Shown: piece after piece, positions 1 to 7,799 of the stretch
Numbering within the stretch: the stretch's first letter is position 1
Layout: each line of letters begins with the position of its first letter
From: Dendronalium phyllosphericum CENA369
Lineage (GTDB): Bacteria; Cyanobacteriota; Cyanobacteriia; Cyanobacteriales; Nostocaceae
Direction: 5' to 3'
NCBI RefSeq assembly: GCF_016056275.1
Contig: NZ_JAECZA010000316.1
Span: 2,656 to 34,655, forward strand
DNA length: 32,000 nucleotides
Made by a program: the position numbers and the translations under genes
The notes under the pieces: model-generated
Database searches by the model: none
Told to the model about the DNA's origin: nothing
Seen by the model: the letters and a program-made list of their open reading frames with translations, nothing else

Positions 1-36
1 CAGCACCGTCAAGATGTTATCAATACAACTGATAAA

Positions 37-468
37 TTGACTCGTTTCTTTGTTGGCTGGTCGCTAAATTCTACAGGATTTTTTCTAGCTAAATATCTAT
101 TAATAACTGGCGGTGGCGTTAACTTGTGGTTGGCAATTACGCTCTCGTTTTCTATATGCAGCGTTGGCTCTCTGGCTGGGTTAACGGGCTTGAGAATTAA
201 TTACAACAGTGACGGATTAGAGGTTGATAATATGCAAAATCTGTTTAAAACTGCTGGTGGCTTAGTGTTTGCTGGTGTCACAACTTGGTTAGCTGTTAAA
301 GACTATAAGTATTTTGAGAATTTGACTAAAGAAACTGTGACCCAGATTAATCAAGATATCCAAACCATTGAAAAACAAAATCCACAATCAGACCCTTGGG
401 TAAGTATTGCAGTCGCGGTGGCTTTATTCATTGGTTCCATTGCAATTATTTTTAAGGTACGAGAATGA
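37..468 (+). CDS. small integral membrane protein (hypothetical); frame is open back to nt 1, so the true 5' end may lie upstream of the window
   Basis: 143-codon ORF with hydrophobic stretches (FFLAKYLLITGGGVNLWLAITLSF, GGLVFAGVTTWLAV, WVSIAVAVALFIGSIAIIF). Its TGA overlaps the ATG of the next ORF (ATGA at 465-468). TTG at 37 is only the first possible in-frame start. Confidence 0.45.
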   Translation: MTRFFVGWSLNSTGFFLAKYLLITGGGVNLWLAITLSFSICSVGSLAGLTGLRINYNSDGLEVDNMQNLFKTAGGLVFAGVTTWLAVKDYKYFENLTKETVTQINQDIQTIEKQNPQSDPWVSIAVAVALFIGSIAIIFKVRE

Positions 469-1916
469 AACAAGGTGTTGTCGAGTTAGCGCTGGCTGGT
501 GTGTGTGGTGTAGCTGCAATCACGGGGCTGGCAACATCGCAAACACGCCAGCCTTACGATTTGACACAAATTCAGTTCTGCCCAAAGTCTGCAAGCGATG
601 TAGAAAGTCAAATAGCGCTGGATAAGCGTTTTTGCAACCAGCCGCGTTATGTCCTGACTGAAGAATGGCAACGTTACGGGCTGTATGGCAGTATCATTCC
701 CTACAAAGGTGATGCAATTCAATGGGTGCGTGATTTGCCCACAGACAACCCTAATCAGTTGCTTGGGTACGGGGTTGCAGTTATTGGGCTATGGGGTATT
801 GTGGGTTGCTTGCTCGTGCGTTCGCAACGCCTCAAGCGCACGGATTATGAATTGGGGGAACTCGAAAAGACTGGCGACTATGCAACTTGGCAGCAAAACA
901 AGCACAAACGAGAAGTTAAGCAGCATTCGACCCAGCTTTACACTGAGCGCCTGAAAGATGGACTGTCAGGACTGGACACAGAAGAACGCAAAGCACTAGG
1001 ACTGACTGATGAGGAGAACGAACGCGCCAAGGCACGTATCCAGCTTGAGGATTTTATTCTAGCCCGTGCTGTTAATAATTCTGTGATGGATAAAACCATT
1101 GCTGAGAATCTGCGGGATAAGGCGAAAGCGGATCAGGAACGGGGCAAGATTGAGGGCAAAACCAAAAGCGCGATCGCAAACAGTGACAATCATCCTTTGA
1201 CTGACCAGCGCCTCATCAGTGATTTAATCGAAGCACTCAAGAATCATGAAGATGGCTGGCTGTGGAAGGTTATCGACAATCAAAAGCCCGTTTGGGTGCT
1301 AGGAGAAGCTGGAAGCGGTAAATCAACCCTAGCAGCTTCGATTGTGATGCTCAGAGAATATCTGTTTGATATGCCCTTGTATCAGCTGATAGATGCACAC
1401 GCCGGGGAGAATCTTAGAAACGCATGGAGATATTTAAGCCCTCAGTTGATAGCTAAAACAGAATCAGAGATAGGACAGGCTTTTGATGATGCGCGTGAGC
1501 GTTGGCTGGACAGAATTAATAATCAACCTGATAAGCGACCGCAACAGTTATTAGTTGATGAATTCACTAACTATTCTGAGTCTGACATCACCAAAGAACC
1601 TGCTAAAAAGTTTGTTAAAGCGTCTCTTAGCGACCCTAGAAAAGCGGAAGAAAGATTAGTTTGTATTGCCCATTTCTTCACTAATACTGCTGTGGGTGGC
1701 AGTGATGGAACTGCTAAAGGTAGAGCTAGAGGAACTATTCAAATTGACCGCAAAACTGCGGATGGTAAAACACCTTTAAAGGTAGCAATAATTAACGGTT
1801 TAAATAATGCAGAGGGCGATGCAGAAGTAGATAAAAAGGTGACAATTCCTAGTTGGTTGACTCCTGAAAGTATTCACAAGTATTTTAACGGACAACCTAT
1901 TGATTTTGATGATTAA
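465..1916 (+). CDS. membrane-anchored P-loop NTPase, function unknown
   Basis: Two N-terminal hydrophobic segments (VVELALAGVCGVAAITGLA; LLGYGVAVIGLWGIVGCLLV) are followed by a charged coiled-coil-like stretch. Walker A is VLGEAGSGKST and a Walker B-like motif is QQLLVDEF. The start overlaps the upstream stop. Confidence 0.6.
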   Translation: MKQGVVELALAGVCGVAAITGLATSQTRQPYDLTQIQFCPKSASDVESQIALDKRFCNQPRYVLTEEWQRYGLYGSIIPYKGDAIQWVRDLPTDNPNQLLGYGVAVIGLWGIVGCLLVRSQRLKRTDYELGELEKTGDYATWQQNKHKREVKQHSTQLYTERLKDGLSGLDTEERKALGLTDEENERAKARIQLEDFILARAVNNSVMDKTIAENLRDKAKADQERGKIEGKTKSAIANSDNHPLTDQRLISDLIEALKNHEDGWLWKVIDNQKPVWVLGEAGSGKSTLAASIVMLREYLFDMPLYQLIDAHAGENLRNAWRYLSPQLIAKTESEIGQAFDDARERWLDRINNQPDKRPQQLLVDEFTNYSESDITKEPAKKFVKASLSDPRKAEERLVCIAHFFTNTAVGGSDGTAKGRARGTIQIDRKTADGKTPLKVAIINGLNNAEGDAEVDKKVTIPSWLTPESIHKYFNGQPIDFDD

Positions 1917-1941
1917 TCGTTGGAAAAACATTTTTTAGCTG

Positions 1942-1949
1942 TCAAGAAC
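1942..1949. repeat. left copy of 8-bp target-site duplication TCAAGAAC
   Basis: TCAAGAAC directly abuts the outer end of the left IS inverted repeat. The identical octamer abuts the right end at 3748-3755. Confidence 0.85.
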
Positions 1950-1988
1950 GGGAGCAACGCGATTTTCTGAAGTCGGGAAAAAAACGAG
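1950..1988. repeat. IS left terminal inverted repeat
   Basis: GGGAGCAACGCGATTTTCTGAAGTCGGGAAAAAAACGAG matches the reverse complement of 3710-3747. Confidence 0.85.
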
Positions 1989-2127
1989 CGATCGCTAAAT
2001 CATGTATTTAAATATTTAGTTAAAATGAATACTTGTACAAGGGAGTTAATACTGAGAATACACGAGAGTAGTCTATTTTGAGAGTTGTTTAAATTTATTA
2101 TGAAAACAAAAAAGTGTAGGATGCCCA

Positions 2128-3642
2128 TTGAGTAATAGTTTTGATGTGGAATATCAAAACAGGGAATGCCTACACTTTATGAACGAAAAAATATATTCAA
2201 GCTTAGATTTAAGCAAATCATTGTCAGACTTTAAAGAAAAAGTTACGAAACTTTTAGAAACTAAAAATCTGAGCAAATGGTCGGCTCAAACTTTTAAAGC
2301 ATTAGAAGCAGAAATTAGAAATACCGCATTAAGGTTAGCAGGAGAATGTGTAGCAGTTTTACTAAATAAACTATCTCAATCTCAAGAAGCTCTAAATATA
2401 GCAATAAATCAAACAAGAAGTTTGTCAAATCAAGAAATCAAGAAGTACGGTAATTATACTAGGCAGATACTAACAGTTGGAAATGTGAAAGTCACTCTCT
2501 CATTACCATATATGGTTGAGCGTTACAAACAATCACACCAAAAGGGGAAATATTTAAAGTTAGGATTTTGCCCATTTCTAAAATGGTTAGGAATAGAAGA
2601 AGGATTAACACCCCTTATTTGGACAACAATTACAAAATATGGAGCAATTGCTGGTTCGTTTGAAGCTGCACGCACAATCTTAACAGATTGGGGAGTAAAA
2701 ATTAGCTTAAAACGAATAGAACGTCTCACATATTATTTTGGGAAAATTGGCATAAATTTACGTCAATCTAAATTATCAAGTTTAGAGATGGGTAATCTAC
2801 CTACTCTTAATGTTCTCAAAGACCAGCGTGTTGTTATTGCCGTGGATGGCGGGAGAACGAGAATTCGGATTAACAAAAAAGGTAGACGTAAGCTCAAAAC
2901 TAATCGTCTAGGTTTTACCGGAGAATGGGTTGAGCCAAAATTATTAACTATTTATACAGTGGATGAGCATGGTAGAAAAATTAGGACATCATCTCTACCT
3001 ATTACTAATGACGGGACATATTTGGGTTATCAAGAGTTTCTAAATATTCTAGAAATGTATCTAGTTGATTTGGGAATAAGCCAAGCTAAACAGGTTTTGT
3101 TAGTTGCTGATGGTGCTGAATGGATTTGGAAACATATTCCACCTTTATTGGAGAAACTAAAATGTCCATCTGCCACTTATCAACTATTAGATTTTTACCA
3201 CGCAGCCTCACATTTGCACGACTTTGCTGACGCTGCTTTTACTACAGATAATGAGCGTCAATCATGGTTTAAAAAAGCTCGTAAAGCTTTAAAAAAAGGT
3301 CAAGCTTTAAATTTAATGAGAGATATGGGTAAATTTATTGCCTCAGCTACTGGAGAGCGTTGTAAAACTTTAATTCGGGAACGAAATTATATTCTTAAAG
3401 CTTATCGTAGGCGGCTATTAAACTATCCTCTCGTTGCCTCCCATCAGCTACCACTTGGTAGTGGTGCAGTTGAAAGTTTAATTCGTCAAGCTGTTAATTT
3501 ACGTATGAAGGGAAACGGTAAGTTTTGGCTTCCAGATAACGCAGAGATTATGTTACATCTGCGATGTCAATGGTGCGCTTATAGTTGGGACAATTTTTGT
3601 AATTCTATTTTTGATTCTTTTCTTAATCCCAGCAGTGCTTGA
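2128..3642 (+). CDS. DDE transposase (ISKra4-family-like)
   Basis: 504-aa ORF with acidic-triad contexts VIAVDGGRTRIR and LLVADGAEWIWKHI. It also has LLDFYHAASHL and GSGAVESLIRQAVNLRMKGNGKFW, which I recognise as typical of ISKra4-type transposases. The start is uncertain: TTG 2128 or ATG 2179. Confidence 0.8.
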   Translation: MSNSFDVEYQNRECLHFMNEKIYSSLDLSKSLSDFKEKVTKLLETKNLSKWSAQTFKALEAEIRNTALRLAGECVAVLLNKLSQSQEALNIAINQTRSLSNQEIKKYGNYTRQILTVGNVKVTLSLPYMVERYKQSHQKGKYLKLGFCPFLKWLGIEEGLTPLIWTTITKYGAIAGSFEAARTILTDWGVKISLKRIERLTYYFGKIGINLRQSKLSSLEMGNLPTLNVLKDQRVVIAVDGGRTRIRINKKGRRKLKTNRLGFTGEWVEPKLLTIYTVDEHGRKIRTSSLPITNDGTYLGYQEFLNILEMYLVDLGISQAKQVLLVADGAEWIWKHIPPLLEKLKCPSATYQLLDFYHAASHLHDFADAAFTTDNERQSWFKKARKALKKGQALNLMRDMGKFIASATGERCKTLIRERNYILKAYRRRLLNYPLVASHQLPLGSGAVESLIRQAVNLRMKGNGKFWLPDNAEIMLHLRCQWCAYSWDNFCNSIFDSFLNPSSA

Positions 3643-3709
3643 ACATTTTATACAAGTTAGCTGCACGCTATTTTTTAGCGATCGCATCCTTTGCAGTAGG
3701 GCATCTTCA

Positions 3710-3747
3710 CTCGTTTTTACCCGACTTCAGAAAATCGCGTTGCTCCC
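3710..3747. repeat. IS right terminal inverted repeat
   Basis: CTCGTTTTTACCCGACTTCAGAAAATCGCGTTGCTCCC is the reverse complement of the left end. Confidence 0.85.
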
Positions 3748-3755
3748 TCAAGAAC
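3748..3755. repeat. right copy of 8-bp target-site duplication TCAAGAAC
   Basis: Identical to 1942-1949 and immediately outside the right inverted repeat. Confidence 0.85.
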
Positions 3756-3874
3756 TGGGGTAGAGCGGGTGGCGCAGCGGAGTGTCGGGGGCGGGCTGCC
3801 GAGTTTTGGTCACTCTACGATAATTTCATGCCCGTCCCCGACACCACCCGCTCTAAACGAAGTGTCCCCAGTTC
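3752..3874. repeat. GC-rich long imperfect hairpin element (about 123 bp), identity unknown
   Basis: The left arm is GAACTGGGG..TAGAGCGGGTGG..GTGTCGGGGGCGGGC. It pairs with the right arm GCCCGTCCCCGACAC CACCCGCTCTA..CCCCAGTTC, leaving bulges. The element is much more GC-rich than its flanks, and the IS target duplication overlaps its base. Confidence 0.5.
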
Positions 3875-4159
3875 GTCGGGGCCTCACGAGATGATGAGGT
3901 TGAAGCAATTTTGATATCACTGATAGCAACAATTTATCAACCGGGGATATAGAAGTGAGTGTAGACAGTTGAGACAGCCGCAACATGAGCCTCTCCTATT
4001 GGTGCAGATTATACCTTTAATTGGTTATCGCGCTGCAAACATAAGCAAGTTTAATCAGCTAACGGAATAATGAGGGTTGTAGCGTTCGCTGTGTTGGGCT
4101 GAATGATAAGTCTGGTTTAATCGGGTGTCACCGCTGACGAAATATTCGGCTTTTTGGTC

Positions 4160-4195
4160 GCTTACATTGTGATTTGTTGTTTAGACAATGTAAGC
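4160..4195. promoter_or_regulatory. 11-14-11 perfect inverted repeat upstream of the recombinase gene (candidate recombination site or operator)
   Basis: GCTTACATTGT (4160-4170) and ACAATGTAAGC (4185-4195) are perfect complements, ending 9 nt before ATG 4204. A third near-copy, ACAATGTAAAG, lies at 4774-4784 just after the gene stop. Confidence 0.4.
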
Positions 4196-4203
4196 TAGAC
4201 CCT

Positions 4204-4773
4204 ATGAAAATAAACCGCTTCGGTCGAGCAGAAATCCTTACCCCCGACCAAATTAATCTCCTATTTACCGAGGGGTTTGTCAACCCACGCGATCGGGCTT
4301 TGTTTGGCGTGTGCCTTTATGCTGCCTGCCGGATCAATGAAGCCTGCACTTTGGCACTAAAAGATGTGTTTGGCAGCAACGGTGTCAGAGGCGTGTTAGT
4401 GCTGCGTAGTGTCAACACCAAAGGCAAGCGGGACACAAGGGAAATTCAAGTGCATCCCAAGCTTAGGGAATATTTAGAAGAGTACAACCCGAACCGCCGC
4501 AAGGAGTTCTTGTTTCCGGGGCGGCATGGGTTGGGACACATCCACAAGGTCAGTGCTGATAAAATCCTTAGAGATACCTGTGTGCGGCTGGGCATTGAGG
4601 GGGTTAGTACACACAGCTTCAGGAGGACTGCGTTAACCAGGATGAGCGATGCTGGGATACCGTTGCGCCACATTCAGGAGATATCGGGACATCGGACTTT
4701 GGCAGCTTTGGAGCGTTATTTGGGTGTAACCGAAAAGCAGAAGCAAAACGCGATCTCTGCTTTGGATTTTTGA
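4204..4773 (+). CDS. tyrosine recombinase / site-specific integrase, catalytic domain only (about 190 aa)
   Basis: Catalytic signature in order: Arg in AACRINEA, Lys in NTKGKRDT, HSFRRT (HxxR), SGHRT (His), and LERYL (Tyr). ATG 4204 is preferred over the in-frame TTG 4174 in the ORF track. Confidence 0.85.
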   Translation: MKINRFGRAEILTPDQINLLFTEGFVNPRDRALFGVCLYAACRINEACTLALKDVFGSNGVRGVLVLRSVNTKGKRDTREIQVHPKLREYLEEYNPNRRKEFLFPGRHGLGHIHKVSADKILRDTCVRLGIEGVSTHSFRRTALTRMSDAGIPLRHIQEISGHRTLAALERYLGVTEKQKQNAISALDF

Positions 4774-5043
4774 ACAATGTAAAGAAATATAGTTTAAGCG
4801 ACTTTTCTGTTAGGAAGGAAGCAGGCGAATATTAGCGATCGCTCAAAGATAGGGTCTTGTTTGCTAGGCTAAAGCGGAAGATTTAAAATTTAGGTAGATA
4901 ATCAAGGCTAAATAGTCTCTATGCCTCACTCCATTATGTCAACTCTTTATACTTGCTGACTATTGGCCTTAGATAAGACTAGAGTTTATTGGTACAGCGA
5001 ATTAAATTAATCAAGTAAAAATTATTGAGATTGTAGCTAAATA

Positions 5044-7092
5044 ATGATGCATTTTAAGTTTTCACCAAAAATTCTGCAAAGGTTGGGAGAAGAACTCGTT
5101 CCAAATCCAGACCAAGGAATCATCGAATTGGTTAAGAACTCTTATGATGCTGATGCTACTGAATGCACAGTAGAACTTATCAAAACTAGTGCCATAGGTG
5201 GCTCGATTATTATTTCAGATAACGGTGTTGGTATGGATAAAGATGCCATTAGCGAGGGATGGCTGGTGCTAGGGCGCTCGAAAAAGGCTATCCGTGAAGT
5301 TACTCAATTAGGTCGCTTACCTGTAGGTAATAAAGGATTAGGTAGGTTAGCGGCTCTACAGATGGGTTCTCAAGTATTCTTAAAAACTAGACCTAAACAT
5401 GAGCCAGGAACTGAATATTCTTTAACGATTAATTGGGATGATTTTCAGGAAGCTGATGTAGTAGAAGATGTTCCTTTTGATGTAAAAAAAAGTAGTACAA
5501 ATCAACGGCATGGAACTGATATTATCGTCAACAATCTTAAAAAAATCTTTAATAAACATGATATTGTAAGACTAGCTAGGGAACTTTTACTGCTAGCAGA
5601 TCCATTTGAAAATCATGCAGGTTTTAGCCTGAAACTTATTGCTCCAGAATTTTCTGAAATTGAAAAGCAAGTAAACAATGCTTACTTTGATGATGCCGAA
5701 TATCATTTGCAAGCTAGTATAAATGAACTTGGGATTGCTGAAGCAAATTTGCTGGACTGGCAGAATAACGTAATTTTTCAGGCAAAACATAGTGATATTT
5801 CTCAAGAGCTTTACAAAACACCTCCAACAGAATTTGAATTGTGGGTATTCTTTCTAAATCCTCAAACTTTTTCAGCTAGAAAAACTTCTGTTTCTTTCAC
5901 ACAAGTTAGAGAATGGCTTGCTCAAGTAGGGAATGTTCGTCTCTACCATCGAGGTTTGCGGGTAAAACCCTATGGAGATCCGGACGATGATTGGTTGAAT
6001 TTAAATTATGCACGAGCAAGAAATCCAGAGGTACGTCCTTCAACTAAAACAGTTATTGGTAAAGTCATTGTTAAAGACCCTGAAGATATGTTACTTCAGA
6101 AAACTGATAGGCTTGGTTTTATTGAAAATGAAGCTTTTTTAGAGTTAAAACGCTTCGCAATTGATGTGTTGGAATGGATGGCGAAAGAAAGGCTTAAAGT
6201 CACTGAAACGCAAAGACAAAGGGTTAAGAAACAAGTTCCTCGTGATATTACACAAGCTAAAGCTAGGATTGAAGAAGTTATTGAAGAAGTTCCTCAAGAA
6301 TCTCGTCCTAAAATTCTAGAAGCTGTTCAGCAATACGAAACTGTAACAGAACGTGAAACCAAGGTATTACGTGAAGACCTTCAGCTTTATCGTAGTCTGG
6401 CTACAGCCGGAACAACCGCAGCAGTTTTCGCTCATGAATCTAGCAAACCAGTGACTTCAATTGAAAAAATAGCTAACAGAATAGAAAAAATGGGTAAAAA
6501 ATTTCTGGGAGAAAAATATGAACACTATTTAGGAGAACCAGTTACAAAGCTTTATCAAGTAAGTAAGTCATTACTACGCTTTTCTAATTTTCCGCTGCAT
6601 CTTTTGAAAAGAGAAAAACGTCGTACTGGTGTTGTAGATGTTCATAGTGTTATTGATGATATCGTTGCAGTTTTTCAAACTTTTTTTGATGAAGGTAAAA
6701 TTCAAGTTATCAAAGAAAAAGTTGACACTCAACCTTGTATTTATGGAAGCGATGCTTTGCTAGAAGCAATTATTACAAATCTTTTCACAAATGCTATAAA
6801 TGTTTTTAATATTGAAGGTGGACGCATAGAAGAACGTCAAGTAATTATCAGAACTGAAGTTCAAGGAAGTAATTTAAAAATTAAAGTTTTAGATAACGGT
6901 TCAGGAATTCATAATATAAAACTAGATGAAATTTGGCTACCTGGTAAAACTACTAGGGAAGGTGGCACAGGTTTAGGATTGACAATTGTGAGAGATTCTG
7001 TAACTGATCTGGGAGGCTCGGTAGATGCAATTCCAAAAGGGGAATTAGGTGGAGCAGAATTTATTGTAGAACTAACACTTATTAGAGAATAA
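5044..7092 (+). CDS. histidine kinase core fused to an additional N-terminal GHKL (HATPase_c_3 / MORC-Hsp90-like) ATPase module
   Basis: N-terminal module: ELVKNSYDADAT (N box), SDNGVGM (G1), GNKGLGRLAA (G2). C-terminal kinase core: H box FAHESSKPVTSI, N box ITNLFTNAINV, G1 LDNGSGI, G2 GGTGLGLTIV. No hydrophobic membrane segments were seen. Confidence 0.8.
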   Translation: MMHFKFSPKILQRLGEELVPNPDQGIIELVKNSYDADATECTVELIKTSAIGGSIIISDNGVGMDKDAISEGWLVLGRSKKAIREVTQLGRLPVGNKGLGRLAALQMGSQVFLKTRPKHEPGTEYSLTINWDDFQEADVVEDVPFDVKKSSTNQRHGTDIIVNNLKKIFNKHDIVRLARELLLLADPFENHAGFSLKLIAPEFSEIEKQVNNAYFDDAEYHLQASINELGIAEANLLDWQNNVIFQAKHSDISQELYKTPPTEFELWVFFLNPQTFSARKTSVSFTQVREWLAQVGNVRLYHRGLRVKPYGDPDDDWLNLNYARARNPEVRPSTKTVIGKVIVKDPEDMLLQKTDRLGFIENEAFLELKRFAIDVLEWMAKERLKVTETQRQRVKKQVPRDITQAKARIEEVIEEVPQESRPKILEAVQQYETVTERETKVLREDLQLYRSLATAGTTAAVFAHESSKPVTSIEKIANRIEKMGKKFLGEKYEHYLGEPVTKLYQVSKSLLRFSNFPLHLLKREKRRTGVVDVHSVIDDIVAVFQTFFDEGKIQVIKEKVDTQPCIYGSDALLEAIITNLFTNAINVFNIEGGRIEERQVIIRTEVQGSNLKIKVLDNGSGIHNIKLDEIWLPGKTTREGGTGLGLTIVRDSVTDLGGSVDAIPKGELGGAEFIVELTLIRE

Positions 7093-7097
7093 TTTTT

Positions 7098-7799
7098 ATG
7101 ATCATGACACCAGTTTTGAATGATAGAAGAATAGCTATCATTGATGATGATAAAAACCTAGCAGAGTTAACAGCTTGGGAAGTAGAAGAAGCAGGATATG
7201 AACCATTTTTATTAGACAATAAACACTTTCTCAAAGTTAATGATTTAGTATCTGTGATTAGAGAAAATAGTCAAGGTGCTGTGTGCGATCACCGATTGAT
7301 GAATTCTGGATTTGCTAACTTTTATGGAGCAGAATTAGTTGCAAATCTATACGATTTGAAATTTCCATCACTGTTGATAACTCAATTTACACAGATGGAT
7401 ACAGCTTTTTCTATTAGAAAATGGAGACATAAAATACCTGTACTACTAAGTCGAGATGAAGCCAATGCTTCAAGTATTGCTAAGGGAATAGAGGATTGTA
7501 CTTTAGAACTTTCTGGGAAAGTACCGAGTACCAGAAAACCTCGTAGAACGATAGTTAGGATTGCTAATATTGATGAAGAATCTAATGAACGTGTTATAGA
7601 TGCATTTATTCCAAGTTGGAATCCCTATACGGCTGTCCGTTTTCCAGCTTCTCTGATTCCAGAGAATATTAGAGTAGCATTAAAACCAAATATGCGTTTG
7701 TTTGCTCACGTAAACACAGGAGCAGAAAAAGCTGATGATCTATATTTTGAGAAATTTGAATTAGCACCTGAACCAGATGAAGATGACGGACTCGCCTGA
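7098..7799 (+). CDS. receiver (REC)-like domain protein with uncharacterised C-terminal domain
   Basis: RIAIIDDD (acidic pocket), AVCDHRL (candidate phospho-acceptor Asp) and SLLITQF (conserved Thr position) follow REC order. The C-terminal ~100 aa has no recognisable motif and no HTH. It starts 5 nt after the kinase stop and overlaps the next gene by 23 nt. Confidence 0.55.
   Translation: MIMTPVLNDRRIAIIDDDKNLAELTAWEVEEAGYEPFLLDNKHFLKVNDLVSVIRENSQGAVCDHRLMNSGFANFYGAELVANLYDLKFPSLLITQFTQMDTAFSIRKWRHKIPVLLSRDEANASSIAKGIEDCTLELSGKVPSTRKPRRTIVRIANIDEESNERVIDAFIPSWNPYTAVRFPASLIPENIRVALKPNMRLFAHVNTGAEKADDLYFEKFELAPEPDEDDGLA

Larger units (their letters stand above)
1950..3747 (+). mobile_element. 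complete insertion sequence (1798 bp), single DDE transposase, ISKra4-like by transposase motifs
   Basis: Terminal inverted repeats begin GGGAGCAACGCGATTTTCTGAAGTCGGG (28/28 identical, about 38 nt with one mismatch and one indel). A perfect 8-bp direct repeat flanks the element, which carries one long transposase ORF. Confidence 0.85.

Noticed and set aside
3639-3914. 91-aa plus-strand ORF
   Set aside because: It runs across the IS right inverted repeat, the target duplication and the GC-rich hairpin. The Gly/Ala/Arg-rich translation reflects GC-rich palindromic DNA, not a gene.
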